Under the pieces are notes generated by a model that did no database searches, was not told the origin of the DNA, and saw only the letters and a program-made list of their open reading frames with translations. DNA of 64,000 bases from Tubiluchus corallicola (Eukaryota > Animalia > Priapulida). Below, piece by piece: positions 11,901 to 26,900 of the stretch. Each line of letters opens with the position of its first letter. Within the stretch, counting starts at the first letter, position 1. The position numbers and the translations under genes are program-made. Where the stretch lies: positions 849,847 through 913,846 of the forward strand of contig JAQGDQ010000027.1 in assembly GCA_030141605.1 (NCBI GenBank). The letters run 5' to 3'.

Positions 11901-14900
11901 TTACTCACCTTCATACAAATCATCGTGGCTAAAGATATTTGTACAGTCAGCTCCATCGCTCTGTAGTGGAAGATTATCGCAATCGGGCAAAGCAATTTGT
12001 TTGCGCAATTCAGGCGAATGATGTACCTTGCCATACACAGAACCGCAAGTGTCTTTCTGCAGTTTCTCACAGTCTTCACGGCAAAGATGCTTTTGGTACA
12101 CAACATCCACCTCTCCAGAGCAAACCGGAAATGTGTAATAACACAACGCCTGGTGGAAGTAATTTGAGCACTTGGCATCCATCACGTTACTCAAGTGAGA
12201 GATAATCTTTCGCAAATTAGACGCCATCTGGTTTTCAATTTGGACCAATGAATCGTCGGAAGAATAAACAGCTTCTGTGGACAGGTAACGGTTGCAGATC
12301 TCGCCTCTATATTGCACACAGAGTTCGTTATCGCTGTATGGGTTGTTATTAGCAGGTTTGCTTAGTTCACCTTTAGTGTCCGGGTTAGGTTGAATTTCAC
12401 CTGTACCTTTATTTTCCATGTGAAAGCCCTTTGAAGGAATCCCGTCAGCTAGAAAATACAAAAAAATACATACCGGCTTTTTCATTTAAATTCCTTCCTA
12501 GAGAAAGAAATTTCAATAAACGTCAACAATGGCAGGAGGAAAATAGATTTATAAATTAGTTTAGTAAAAGATACCAAAGCAATACTAAATCAGAGTCTAC
12601 AAAATTTTGCATCTCCACCAAAACTCGCACCAAACACTGTCATTTTTCCAGGCAACTATGCTAACCATTACACTACTTAGGAACTTTGACTTTTCAGAGT
12701 CGGATATTTACAATGTAAGCCACTATCAGATAGGAATCACAGTCTACACTGTATCAAGACATAACTACGAAATCAATCACATACAGTTTTTAAACACACA
12801 AAATAATACAAAAAATTAAAAAGAAACTCAATCAGTTTTCTGAATCAAAATGTCAAAAAATGCCAAACTCGATTCTCCTTATTCTCAGCGAACTTACAAC
12901 AGGTAGTCGTCGACTTATAGCCTATGCAACTTACAACTGTTCAACTTTACGACTCAAGCACAACTTAATTAATTAAACAAAACTAACAATAACTCGTATA
13001 ACAAATTAACTTTCTCTATCTGTTTCGTCTGTTTAATAAATTCATCGGAAGGCGCTGCCATACTTAATGCATGTACACATACAACATTTTACTTGTAGGT
13101 GCACATCATTTTAATATACTGCATCGAGTTTGCCTTGTGACCAATTGACCAGAACTGCAAGCCCTAATTATGTCGATAACTACCTGTATTAGGATGCTGA
13201 TGCTTTTCATTGAGGTAATTGTTAAACTGCTTTAGATGGACGACACATCAATATTAAACGGCAAAAATATGTCACCCAGACATCATCGGTAGAAAGCTGG
13301 ATTGAATTCAGCTGGGCAATTATACAACCAAACTAGTTCGAAATAAGACAGCAAAGCACTAGCTAGAGTTGAGTCCAAAAAAAGTAATTAATTTACAAAG
13401 TACGATGTACAAAATACCATTAAAGAAAAACACCATATCCTCCATATTTTCTTATAATTTCATCAACTCACTCATATTCAAAACTAAAATGGAAGGCACA
13501 GGTTCAAAAATACTGTTAACACAAATTTCCAAACTTTCCTTCAAAGGTTAAAAAGCCAGTGAACAAAGATTACACATCGAAATGAGGTCTAAAAAATTTT
13601 CCCTCCATGGGATTCAAATCCAGAACCTTCTGCTTTCTTAGCAGCTATGCTAACCATTATAACGATCACTTTTTCCAAAAAATTACCATATGGTACAAAA
13701 ACTGCCTTTTAACTGACACACGTATGTAATTAAACACAGCAAGACAACCATAAAACATAATAAATCACCTGTGTCTTTGTGCACTAGGACATGAGCACTA
13801 GTCTCTACATGGTCCCTGCCATTATTAGCAATGCAGGTGTAGAGGCCAGTATCGGACTCCCGAGCCTTTTTAATCCTTAACATGCTTGTTTTCTTTGTGT
13901 TTTTTACAGAAATCCGCTTAGCTTGTACATCAACAACAACGCCATCTTTTGTCCATGAATAATTGGGATGCGGCACACCCACAATGCTGCACTTCAGCCT
14001 AAACTTATTTCCAACCAACACGGCAACGTTACGAAGATGCTCTCTTACGGTCAAAATACCTACAACGATAGAACAAGTAATGTCATAGTTGAATATTAAG
14101 GCGCGTTCTGACTACGGAGCTTTGTGTCGCGAGTTTTCTCTTTGACAGCAACCTCACAAGTGTGAAATGCTTTGGGAATTACTGTTGGAAATGTATAACA
14201 AATTTTCCGACAATTGCTGCAAATTGATTTGCATTCTAGCGTGAAAACCTCAGCATGTTACTCTCTACACTCCTCACAATGAATAGAGAGTACTTACTGT
14301 CGGAGAGTCAACTTGCTGAAAGTTTTGCTCTAGTATGAACATGCTTGAGAGTCACTTGGGGAGTTAACTTGGCAAGAAAACTCGCTAGTCTGTATGTGCC
14401 ATCAGAGACATTAAAATAAGCTCAGCAAAAGGCCACGGCTTGAAAGGTAACATACTACATCACCTGTCCAAGCAAAGGCGTGGATCTGCATAAATTCATC
14501 ACTCCAACTCTGCAAAGGGTCACAGCTGAACAATTAATATACACAGCATATAGTAATTGCTACATGAAAGAGTTTATACAGCTGTATTTTTATTTATCTA
14601 TTTCCACATTTGGGCTGCCAATAATTTCAATAATTTTCCTCGAATAGTTAAATAATAAATTAGTCACAATTTGTATCCCCCTAGCATGGAGCAATATTTC
14701 CAATTTATAATTTCCACAATTAACAAAAAGAAAGATTGTCGCGATTCTAAACCTAGTTTAAAACTGATGGGTACTAAACAAAAAAGGATGCTTACAAAGA
14801 AATTTGTGGTGCCCGTTACAGATTAACAAACTTACCAAAACATATTGGGCAGCACTGACCAGGTGGTATGTAGTTACTGACGCATGGAACATCACATTCA

Positions 14901-17900
14901 TTTCGTTTACAGTGAATACTGCCAGACTGGAACAAACCAGAGACTCCATGTATTTCTCAATGCATCAGTTACAATCTGAAAACTGAGCAAAAGTGGCAGA
15001 AAACTAAGAAGTGTGAACCATACAAAAAAAGAAAAGGTAACAGTAACCTATGATTATCAGGCCATGTTCAAAAATGCTTTAACAGTGGTTCTTAACCAAA
15101 AAACATTTTAAAATAGTGAAAGAAACATCAGAAACTTCACCATATACATAAAACATTATACTTGATAACTGAAAAGCAGATAAAATGACGTATGTTACAG
15201 AAATACTAGGGCAGTGACGCAACAAACCCCTAATTAGTAAAAATCAAGTTACATCAGTATTTGGCAAAATAGTACCAAATTAAGGCAAATCGAGCAAAAA
15301 ATGTACCAAACCATTACCAAGTAGAATCGCGGTGGACAGAGACTATATTTCTATATTTTGTTACTCTATTACTGCTGAATTGGACCAAAAATATTCTGTT
15401 GTTTGCGAAACAGGCTCAGTCACTAAAGAAACCCATTGCTCATCAGGACACTTTAAATTTGTCATACAAAAAAGTTTACAGTGTTACTATGAGCACATGT
15501 ATAGTACCTTGGGCATGTGACATCTCAACTATGGATAGCTCTTGTCCAAGCAACAAAAAGCTCAAATAATGCTTGGCTGCATTAATAAGGTAAATTTATG
15601 AAGTTTTATTGCTAACTGTCTAGAAAATTTCCAACTTAAGCTCTCAAATCACCAATGCATCTTGTGAAGAGAATAACAGCAAGAAGTTTGTCTTACTAAG
15701 CGACAATAACAATGTTATTATATCATTGTGAATTTTTCAGTGTATGATATCTTCAACTTACTGCTGAACTAAATCAAATCGAATGCCGTGGAAAATACAA
15801 AGTGAATGGTTTGTTTCATCACTACTAAAGAATGATAACTACACTAGAAACACATCCAGAGACAACTAGATAAAAAAAGAATCAAAACTTCCTCAGTACT
15901 AAACCAGAAATACTTACCAAACATCTACATTCAGAACACTTGTCTGATGGATCTTCAAAGATCTCTCCATCAGAGTAAATATGGGCCTCAGAAAAACAAG
16001 ACACACAGGAAGAACAACATTCTCCATCCAGAAAAACAGGATGAGAGCAAGACTGAGTGCAAGCTATCCTGGAACAGGATATTGTACCATCATCCTACAA
16101 TTTAGAAAAATATGTGTAATCAAAATGAATTATTCCAGCAATGCAAACTACTAAATATTTCGATTACTGTAATAAATCTACATTGCAGAATACCAGAAAC
16201 TGCTAAATTCTGGTACTTTTCTTTGTTTTAGATGCCAGAAACCAGTTTTGTTTGAAATCAGTTTGCAATAAATTCCATTTTGATTCCATTCCTTATCTAA
16301 ATATGTCATCTAAAAGGTCTGTTTTCAAAATTGTGTACAAAGTTGCAATTATTTAACAATTAGCAGAAAATTACGATAAGTGACAAATTTTAAACGCTCA
16401 CACTGAGATAAAGAAAAAGCTGTGCATGAAACATTGCTGCTAAGCTAGAAGAAAGCAAAAATTGCTTACTGAGCATGTACATGTAGAACAAATAGGTGAA
16501 GACTCATTCCACTCACTACCGACATTATGAGCAATCCCACTGCTGTCAAAACACTGGTGAATCACTACGATGTTCTCAGCTTCAGTCGTACCAATAGTTA
16601 CAGCATACGATGCCCGTTCTTCTGTTGTTTCATGCCTGACATAACCATCAGATGTTGTTTCTATGTCCTCTATAATTACAGTTGTTGGTGACGTCACTAT
16701 AGTCTCATATGATGCCTGTACATGATCAGTATGATCACTATATTCAACAGAAAAGTATGTGTCGCTTGTAGAATATTCTTCTAATTCCTTAAAAGAAGTT
16801 TTCGTTGTCGCTGTAAATTCCTCTGTATAATTTATAGTCACCATATCATTCATGTCACTATTCTCTTCTTCTGATTTATTGGTAACTACGTTTATTTCGG
16901 GATGTTGTACCTTTTCTACAGTTGGTTGCTCTTCGTCCGGTTTATGTTTTCCCTTAGTTTTTGTTTTGCATATAGGGCAGCAATAACCCGTGGGCGAGTA
17001 CCGCTTTTTCTTCTTGCAGTGCAAGGTAGGGCAAGTAGCATTTCGGCATCTCACATCAGCGTTCTGCAAAGAATGGAATAGCATAATTGAAAAGTAAAAC
17101 ACCCTGCCATTAACTTTATGTTAATTTCAACACAACTGTTAATTTTAAAGGCTAATTAACCATAGGCGAGTTGTATACGATGTTTACAGCAAAAATTAAA
17201 GATTCTGAAGAAATAACCACTGAAAACAAAGTCCAAACACTTACCAGACAAGCACAAATTTGACAAGGATCGTCTAAAGGAGTAAACAGTTCTCCATGTA
17301 AATACCAGCCACTATGGTGTTCACAATCTGTTATCAAACATAATGAGCAGAATGAGTCCAAGAAATAGAATTCAGCTTTTCAGGCTCATAAAGTGCAATA
17401 TATTTTTAAGCAAAATACAACATACCCTATAATATAAAGCAATAAAGCAAACATAATGTTATATTTTATAAAATATATGTTGTACTATGCAGCAAAAAGC
17501 TCATAGCAAAAATTTCAACTTAAAAAGGCTAAAGAAAAATTAACACTAACTTATCATTCACTACCTATCACTTTTCTTAGCCCGATTTTATAAAACCAAT
17601 GCCATTCAGTAAATGATTTTAACAAAAAGACACTAAAAACAAAGTTGACAAAAAACTAAAACCAGCCTTTATGACAAACCAAAGCAACCACATCATCAAA
17701 ATAGCTTTGGTGAGAGAAACTATTAAACAATACGTAAGAAAAGCACTTGATCTCAAACAATAACAATATTACTGGATACTAAACAGGTGATAGTATAGAT
17801 ATGCTGGAAATGGTATTCAGTAAAATCAAATATATTTGTTCCTAATAGGTTGCAAAACTGTAACAGTTTCAGTCTTATTACAAATAAAATCTATGTCTGA

Positions 17901-20900
17901 TGATTTTATTTTCTGAAACTGAAATAGAAATAAAAAACCCTGTTATTATGGCCAAAGAACTACATAATTTGAAAAGTAAACAGTAGGCGCCGCTTAATAG
18001 ACTCACGGTTAATAGACTCAATCGCTTAATTGACTCAAAAACGCCTGGAACGGGCCGCTTCTATTCAAATACACATAAAAACTATCAGTAATTGACTCAA
18101 TATTTTTCCTTCACTTAAAATAAGATATTTGTAAGTGCCAAAAGAGCCTTTCCTACTTTTATGTCATTTTTACTCCCCTTTTGTGCACTATGTATGCACA
18201 AACAATCATGTTAAGTACAATTTTGTTTATAAGCAGGTACGTTTATCATGCATTAATATATATGCTAACATAGTGGTTTTGCTTCGAATCTGTTACCCAT
18301 TCGCCCACTGTTACCCAAAGAATTTCTGGAAGCTAAACATTTAATCACTTGCCTACAGTTTCTTTTTGATGCTCTGGCTGCAAATTACGCTTTCAAGCTT
18401 AATGAGTTAACGGTAAAGATGCAAGTACAGTAGTCAGCGGGTATTCCTCGTGACTTACATAAACATTGTACAGCAAATACAGACAACGTAAGTGAGCAGA
18501 TGATTCAGAACTGTGTTTAGTCACACACAACAACAGATTTTCAACGTTTTTATAATTACAACAACTTTGTGCGCCAACTTCTTCGCGAGAAAATGAAGCA
18601 GCCGACCTTGAAGGATTTTTGTAATTTTTGCAAATAAACAGACTTATATGATTTCGAAAAGCATACTTTTAATGTATTGCTAATTCACTTATATAAATTA
18701 ACATTTTAAGATATTTTTTCTAATTTCTAACTGCACAAAAGAATTTAGGCATTACTTCTTTTCTAAAATTCATTAAAAAGCCTTTGCAGTGCATAGCAAG
18801 GTGATGACTCATACTTCATTACCAGTAATACTAGACCCATCGGTTAATAGGTTCAGTCGGTTAATTGGGTCAAAACATGTCGGTCCCAAAGTGAGTCTAT
18901 TAAGCGCCTACTGCAACACCTATTAAATCTGCCTTGCAAATTGGCATACGAGAAAATCAGACGTAATGCAAAATACCAATGCATATAAACCCTTTTCTTT
19001 CCAATGCGATAAAGCAGACTTACCAGCTTCAGCCAACAGTAGCGCCATGTCATATTCACTCACATCAATGGATGACCTTAATCCAACTCGAACTCTCCAT
19101 TCTTTCCTTTCATTAGCAACATCAGATTGGTACTTTTCATCTCCTAACCCATCAACTTCACCAACATCTTTCACAAGATTATCGACATGCCTAGTAACCA
19201 CATCAACAACACGGGCAGCTCTGTAGTTCATTTTCTTCTTACGGCTGTCATCCGGTTTACCGATACCATCGACTATTGGAGTTATATCCGGAATGTCTAA
19301 GAATTTTTTACCATCAGACAGTTTGTTATCATCGGGTAGGTTGCTTTTGTTATCACCTAATTTATTGTCTTCAGTAGTGCCTATCTTTAGCAAAGAGTTT
19401 TGGTTTTCTTCATATATCAGTCTTGTAGAAGTGGATGTGCGAGCAATTTCTTCTGTAGAAATGCTGTCTGTAGCTTGCTCAGTACTATTGTCACTAAAAC
19501 TTTTACCACTACTGTCATTCGTAATACTTTCTTGAAAGTCACTGTGTACAGGATGGGCATGTTTAATGCCATCTGGATAAGCAGGTATCAAGTAAATGCC
19601 AGAAGCTAAAACTTCGACATGTTCAAGTATGGAGTCATTGTGCTGAGTGACGGGAAGTTCACTGCTATTCTTTATTTCCATTGAAAACACATCGTACAAT
19701 ATCTTTAAAATAAATTCTTTAAATTCTTGATCCTTGATGCTAAAAATATAATCGGCAGAATTTGATTTGTTGATGCTGGAGTTGAAATCGCTAGAAAAAA
19801 TGCAATTAAGAGGAACAGAGGTGTTCTGATTTAGGGCATCGTTGGAACTTTGAGCGACACACTTTACGGCAGATTCAGTGGTTGCATTTATTTCACTGAC
19901 AGCTACATCGTCCTTCTTAATTTCACCACGAATTTCTTTCTCTTCACTGAGTGGTAACGTTGTACAAGTCTCCAGATCACTAAAGGCAGAATTTCCCAGT
20001 GCATTATGGGAAACCATAAACATCACATACTTTTCATCATAGAGTAAATCATCGAGAAGATACGATCTAGCATTCCCTTGAATTTTTGTAGTCTTGAAGC
20101 GCTTCTGAGACGCACGTCTAAACCTGTTGAAAAACACACAGAACATGTTAAATATTTTTAGCCATTCAGTGAAAGTGAAAGTTAATAAATGAACAAATAT
20201 TTTTCATTGCAAAACAAATCTTCAATTTTTCACCATGTACCGTCTGACGGCATATATCCCAGGTGGTATTTGAACCCTTACCTACTGCATCAGGATAGTA
20301 TTGTGCAAATGAGAATTGTGTTCGCAGAGCATCACGTCGATGAAATACAGGAAGTTGAAACAAATAAAAATAATTTTTAGCAGGTTTCCAAAATGGTGGC
20401 TAGATCTGCCGCCCAACAGACATGTATGAGCTAATTAAGCTTTAGAATGTCCAGTTTATTCATAATTAACATCAATAATTAGCATCATGCCTCAGGCCAG
20501 TTATCACATAAAATTACAGTGCAATGGAAAGTGTCAAGGTAAAGAAATGTGTAGTAAAATTAAATCATATAAGATTTAAGTAGATTTTAAAATTGACCAT
20601 TGTAAACTGTAATTTAATTTTTGAAAATGCACCCAAGTTTAACTATAACATACAGACTCCAATGACTGCAAAGTATTGTGTAACAAGTACAGTTACTAAT
20701 GCACCAAATATTGATTAAAACATACCAAAGAGTAAAATACTCGGGTTCATTTGCCTTCCTTACATCTTCTACAGTCCAGTTTATCAGAATTCCTCCTTCT
20801 TTGCCCACCAAGGTTAAATTTGTCGGTACTGGAGGACGGGACCCTGCGTTATAAATACAATTTAAACAATTACATAGCTTATAATATGGTTTAAGCACAA

Positions 20901-23900
20901 CACAAAAAACATATATTTTACAATTTTAGCATGTCACTCAGGATAAATTATATAAACATAAAGGAACAAACTTGTAATACCTAAAAATGAAGATACGATA
21001 CATATACCTACATACTCAATATGATTCTGGCCTGAGGCTCGAAAGACTTCGTACAAGATATCTCGTCATCTTCCAATTTGTAACCACGACGACAGTCACA
21101 GTGAAATCCTCCAAACGTGTTCACACATATTTGCTCGCAAATGTTCCATTCTGTCTTACATTCGTTCACATCTATTCAAAAAAATTTAGGTCCCAAGAGA
21201 AATGTAAATACTTTAATCATGATATAAAATATACACTAAAATGTAACAAATTTGCAGCAGAGTATAAAAGCCACATAATGGCACAAATTTGTGAATTTAA
21301 ATAAGGATTCTATAATGAAGGTGTAGCTACTCACTGTTGAGTATAAACCCTTCCTGCAAACCTTCCTTTTATACACCTTCCTACTAAGCACAACTAAACA
21401 GCTCTGGATAAAGCACCTAGACCACAGAGTCCAGTACCAGTGACTGTAGTGAAAGGAATTAACCCTTTTACTACGTAGTTGCTTTTTAACAGGGCCTTTG
21501 TACATTTAACAATAACTTCCTGTGGTGTGTTACTAAAACAAAATCATGTACATAAACAAATAGCCTTTTCTTATTAAACACGAATATTGAACATTAGTTT
21601 TATTTATACACATGCGCACACATCTGCGCACACATACTGCTCTTCACAAGAAAAACTTAGGCGACAGTGTGCCACCTTCCGTAGTGAAAGGGTTAAGAAT
21701 CAATATTGTGGATTCTTCTACACTTATTTCTATCTTTTCTGTGTTATAAATTGATCAAGGTGCAGTACATATTACTTATATTATATACTGCTAATACAAG
21801 TGTGGAACTCTGGCGCTTTTACATATTTTGCAATGTTGCGATGCTGGCATGAATAACTTATGCACACATGTGTAGCATACGCATAAAAAGATGACATGTA
21901 CAACAATAAACCACAAGCAGAATGAGCCACTAAAAATTATAGTGCTAGATTTCCCATGAAAAATGTACTGACATTAAGGTGTGACGTGAACCTGCAAGAT
22001 GTTAACCAACAAGTTTTATAACTTGCATAGGCAGATTCATTAAATTCTACAACCGAGATAAACATAGACGATATAATAGACAGTACAACTTTGCAAGTTT
22101 ACCACTTGCAGCAGTTTACGTTCCAGCACATACAACAGTAATGTTGCCATAAAATGTGCTCAAAAAACTTGAAGGAAGACAGGATGATTTTTCATATACT
22201 ACCCCATTTTCAAGTCCGATAAAAAGTATAAATTTTAACACAATTAATACTGTAAAAGCATTTCTGATAATTAAATAATAGATTGAAAACTTAATTAACG
22301 GCGGGCGAGCTCAACTATTAATGACATCACAAACTAACATAATTTTCAACAGCAAAAATATTCCACTGGTGTGTTGCGCATGTTTGCGAAAGCGAAAATT
22401 GAAGTACAGTGCTACTGTAAGATATCCAGTGTGTTGTACTAAAACTTGGAAAGTTTTAAGATAAAAATTTAATTTTCAAATTTACTGTTGTGCTCACGCA
22501 CGAGCTGTCGAACGTGTGTAGTTAGTCACAAACTAACACATCTGAACTCAGAAGTACAGCACATATTTTGTGTGATTCGTCTAACTAACGAATGGCAAAA
22601 TGCATGTAACAGAGAAGAACTAGTGGCACGAACACGAAATTGTGTTTGTGTGGTAGTAATTCTTTCACGTAAGTCATTTATTGAAAAATATAGTATGTTT
22701 CCTTTCAATATTTTAAAGAGTATATTGTTTTGACCTACAGTTTAAGATTGGGTCTGGCTTTGCTTTAAAGGAAAACTGGACCTAATCTTAAACTACAGCT
22801 CAAATCAATTTACCCTATAAAATATTGAAAGGGAACATACTATTTTTTTAAGAAATTACTTACTTCCAAGTATTATTACCACAGAAACATAATTTCACAT
22901 GACTAGTCCATCGCTGTAACATGCATTTCACCATTCATGGAGAGATTCATAGATGGACACAGGCGCTTCACACCTCAGGAATGCATTGCACAAAAAATAT
23001 GTGCTGAACCTCTCAGTTTAGAGATGTTCGGTTATGACATAGTGCACACATTCAAGAGCTCAAGCGTGAAGACAGCAGTAAACTTGAAATTTGAATTTTA
23101 ACCTCAAAATTTGCCAAGTTTTTGCATATCACACGAAACGTCGTACAGAAGCACTGTACTTCAATTTTTGCTTTCACAAATGCGTACAACACATGCAGAA
23201 AATGTTTGTGCTGTCGAAAAAATCTTCAGTTGTGATAACATCACTAGTTGGGCTCACCCTCCATTAACCAAGGTTTTAACCTATTATATAATTTTCAGAA
23301 AGGCCTTGGCATTTCCTTGTTATACATAATTAGTGCATATTTTCTCTGCTGTAGGCTCTGCCTAAATATAAACTACTTGCTTGTTTGCATATTGTACCAC
23401 TGATGACAGCAGACTGCTGTCGAAACATTTTCAGGTGTTTTTAAACATTTGTAAAGTAAAGTTTTTTAATAAAAGTGTTGTTTCAATAAAGGCCTTGGCA
23501 TTATTGTAAGTGTTAAAATGCATACTTTTACCGTACTTCAAAATGAAAGAGGGTATGAAAAATCATCCTGTCTTCCTTTCAGTCAAAAAGTTTTTTAATT
23601 GCAGGATTATTTTAATAAAACACTATTCTTGTCATTAAGAATAAAAATATGCATTATAACAAAGGATACAGCATAAAAAAATCAATATACCCTCAATGCA
23701 AGAAACACCAGTCACTCCAAATGGGCAAATGCATGTAGCATTGATGCACATCCCACCAAAACAAGGAGGATCACAGTCTCCAGGCCCTGAATTAAATTCA
23801 ATATAAGTTATCAGATGTGCGAATATTCGATGGTTAGACAAATCATCATACACTTTTTACTCACAAATACAAGTTCAAAGCATTTTCGATATGTCTTACA

Positions 23901-26900
23901 ATACAATTTCACATATGTCAAGTGATTTAATAATCAATGACTGATACGTAACGATATTCTCAGTTATTTATTTGTGACCTTCCCCAAATGAATAAATTTA
24001 TAATAAATTTTTAAATACCTTTTAACACAGGTCACAAGGCTAATAGACAAACTGCAAAAAATCTTAGCCTTTGAAACCCTTGAGAATATAAGCTTAGCAC
24101 TTGATTTTTTTTCTGCAGATTAAAAGCATTTTATCAAACTTTCAATTTTAGAGAAATGAATTGCTTAGTAGGTATAATACCATATGAAATGTTTATCTTC
24201 CTTTAATAATTTAAAATTTAAATCGTAATATAGATTTTGCGATATTATAATTTAAACAAGGTAAATAATATAGCTTTTCAGGTTTTGGTTCAAAGAAAAG
24301 TACCTTAAACACGAACACATACCTATGCACGTGTATCCGTCCCGACCAAGCCACATTCCCTCTGGACAAATGCACTGGTATCCGCCCATTAGATTCACAC
24401 ATTTGTGACTGCAAGGACGAAACAACCGACATTCATCATAATCCAACTGACAGTGCGTACCCAGATAACCTGGCAAGCAGTAACATGTACCATTCACACA
24501 TTCGCCACCATTCATGCACTCGGGTTCGCATTTGTTCACGTAGCAGGATTTCTTGTCGTCAGAGAGCGTGTAACCTGGTTCACAGAAGCACTCGTATCCA
24601 CCAAATGTGTTTTTACAAAGCTGTTCACAGCCATGTGTTTTACTGAGACACTCATTCTTATCTGCAATGGCAAATTTTAAACTACATGTAGTTACTCCAT
24701 AAAATAAATAAGATGCTGACATTTGTGTCAATTTATTACTATGTCATGAATTTTCTGCAGTCTAGTAAATTTGGTACTTCTTTATCTTATTATAGCTTTC
24801 TGCACATTTGCTAAATTAAATGTGAAGCACGTTTTGTAAATCTTTAATATTAGGAAAGTATCACGTTTTGAAAAAATTACAATTAAGAAAACAAATGGTT
24901 TAAATTTGTTAATAATCATAAATAATTATAAATGTAATAATTAATACATTTCAATGAAGCACAATAATAGCCATACCAATTTCACATGCATTCCCAGTTA
25001 AACCATCAGGACAAGCACATATCCCATGGTAACATGTGCCACCATTTTGGCACTCTGGTTCACAATACTTGAGCTCAATTTCCACCTTGTGACCAGGTAT
25101 TACAAATATTGCTGAAAAAATATCATAAATACACAACTGATTCTGTTTCACAGGCTATGTTTCACTGCAATCATTAAAAAATGTGGCTAAAACACTAAAA
25201 AATCCCTAAAAAAGATTAATCGAGGCATTGAAGTACAAGAACAAGATCATAATCAAATAACAGTTTTAAAATAGCCCATCACTACACACTAAAATATAGC
25301 TGAAAGAAATGATACCATTACAAGATTTTCCATCGTCTGCTAAAACAAAGCCAGGTAAACAGGAGCAGAAATAACTTCCTTCAGTATTAACACAGTCTTG
25401 CATACAGCCACCCTTATTGTAGCTTGCACATTCATTCTCATCTGAAACACCAAACAGAACAGCCCATGCAAAACGATTAATTACTGAATTTGCAACATTT
25501 TATGATACTCAGTCGTTAAGTAACTATATGTAGTTCGTAATAGGCTTCCTACACGAGAAAATGCAAATTTAACTAGCTGATTTGGTACATTGCAAAGGTG
25601 CCTGGAACCCTACACTATGTTCAACCTGTTTTACATGTGGGTTTGGCAAACTGAAGCTAAAATCCAGGGTTGACAATTAATGTTGAATAGCTGTAGCGAG
25701 ATCAAAATATAGAGAACACTTGGGTGCAAGAATACCACCCAGAAACAAATTTCTTGTCAGTCACTCATCTATTTACTAACCCCACCCAGCACTGCCTAAC
25801 TATAGAACCAAAGATATACTGCAATCACTCAGCTATTCCTCTTTGTCCAAAGTAAATATCACTTAGTGTTTCTAGTGTGTGCACAAACTAAACACATTAT
25901 ACAAATTTAGCATAAAAGCAGACAGCACATTCAGCAATACTTCAGTTTTAAATTTGAATAAGCTTGCATTCAGTTAAAATTGCAGCAGCGCCAGGTGGCA
26001 CATGTGGGTGGCATCACATTTCCCCTACAGTACAACTAAAGCCTCTATAATATCAATTTCGTTATATAGATCTCATTTTAACCTAGATTTAGAAAGTAAA
26101 TACACAGTGAAATGGCAGACAACATTATTATAGTTTAGAAATTTCTAATAAAGAGAATTAAAACATACCAACACAGGCACCACTTCGCAATACATAGCCT
26201 GGATCACATTTGCACAGATAGCTTCCCACCAGATTAACGCATTTGCTCATACAAATCCCGGGATACAGCTGACATTCATTCACATCTGCCAAGCACATTG
26301 AACAAATTTACAACTGAAAATATGGTTTCGAGAAACAACGTCCTCTGTAGCCGAAGCCTCAAGCCTCTCTCACTCTTTCCATTTTCAGCAACATGTGCAA
26401 TAAATTTATTATAATGCAACTGCAATGCTTTCTCGCTGTATTTATTTAATTTATCTACTGTAAAAATAAACGAGAATCAAACAAACAGCTATGACATCAG
26501 GAAGCAAAAACAACAATATATTAACAGAAATGTTTTGCAAATTCATGATCGAGCCATAGGCCTGGGTTCATTAGCCTTTCTGGTTTCACAATATCACCCA
26601 ATGTTAAAGGTCAAATTATCTTCGTTAAAGTCAAAAAACACAAATTACTATACGAGTATTCATGTGCCAAAATTGGACTATTTAACCACTTTTCATTCTT
26701 TTAAAACTAAATTTCATTCAAAAATAATACAGGATCCTTTAATACTGATATGATATAAATACTTTGTCATAAAAAAAATCTATTTAGACTATGCAGTGAT
26801 TTTTTCCCAGAGTGCAAGTGGTATACTACAGTATCAGACTCAGAGTTACTAGAATCAATCGCCTATTTGACTCAAAGACGTCTGGTATGGGCCGCTCCTA

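Noticed and set aside
13590-13665. tRNA-like sequences here and at ~32690-32740, ~32935-33000 and ~42540-42620
   Set aside because: Only degenerate A/B boxes with no cloverleaf; probably decayed SINE heads, too weak to call.
11909-14059. Stand-alone ROR receptor tyrosine kinase gene
   Set aside because: No kringle, TM or kinase exons; both exons splice in phase with flanking vWC exons on the same strand.
18923-19023. Hydrophobic tail of the 407-aa ORF as a membrane anchor or gene end
   Set aside because: It lies past a strong G|gtaagt donor that matches the phase of the next vWC exon, so it is most simply intron read-through.
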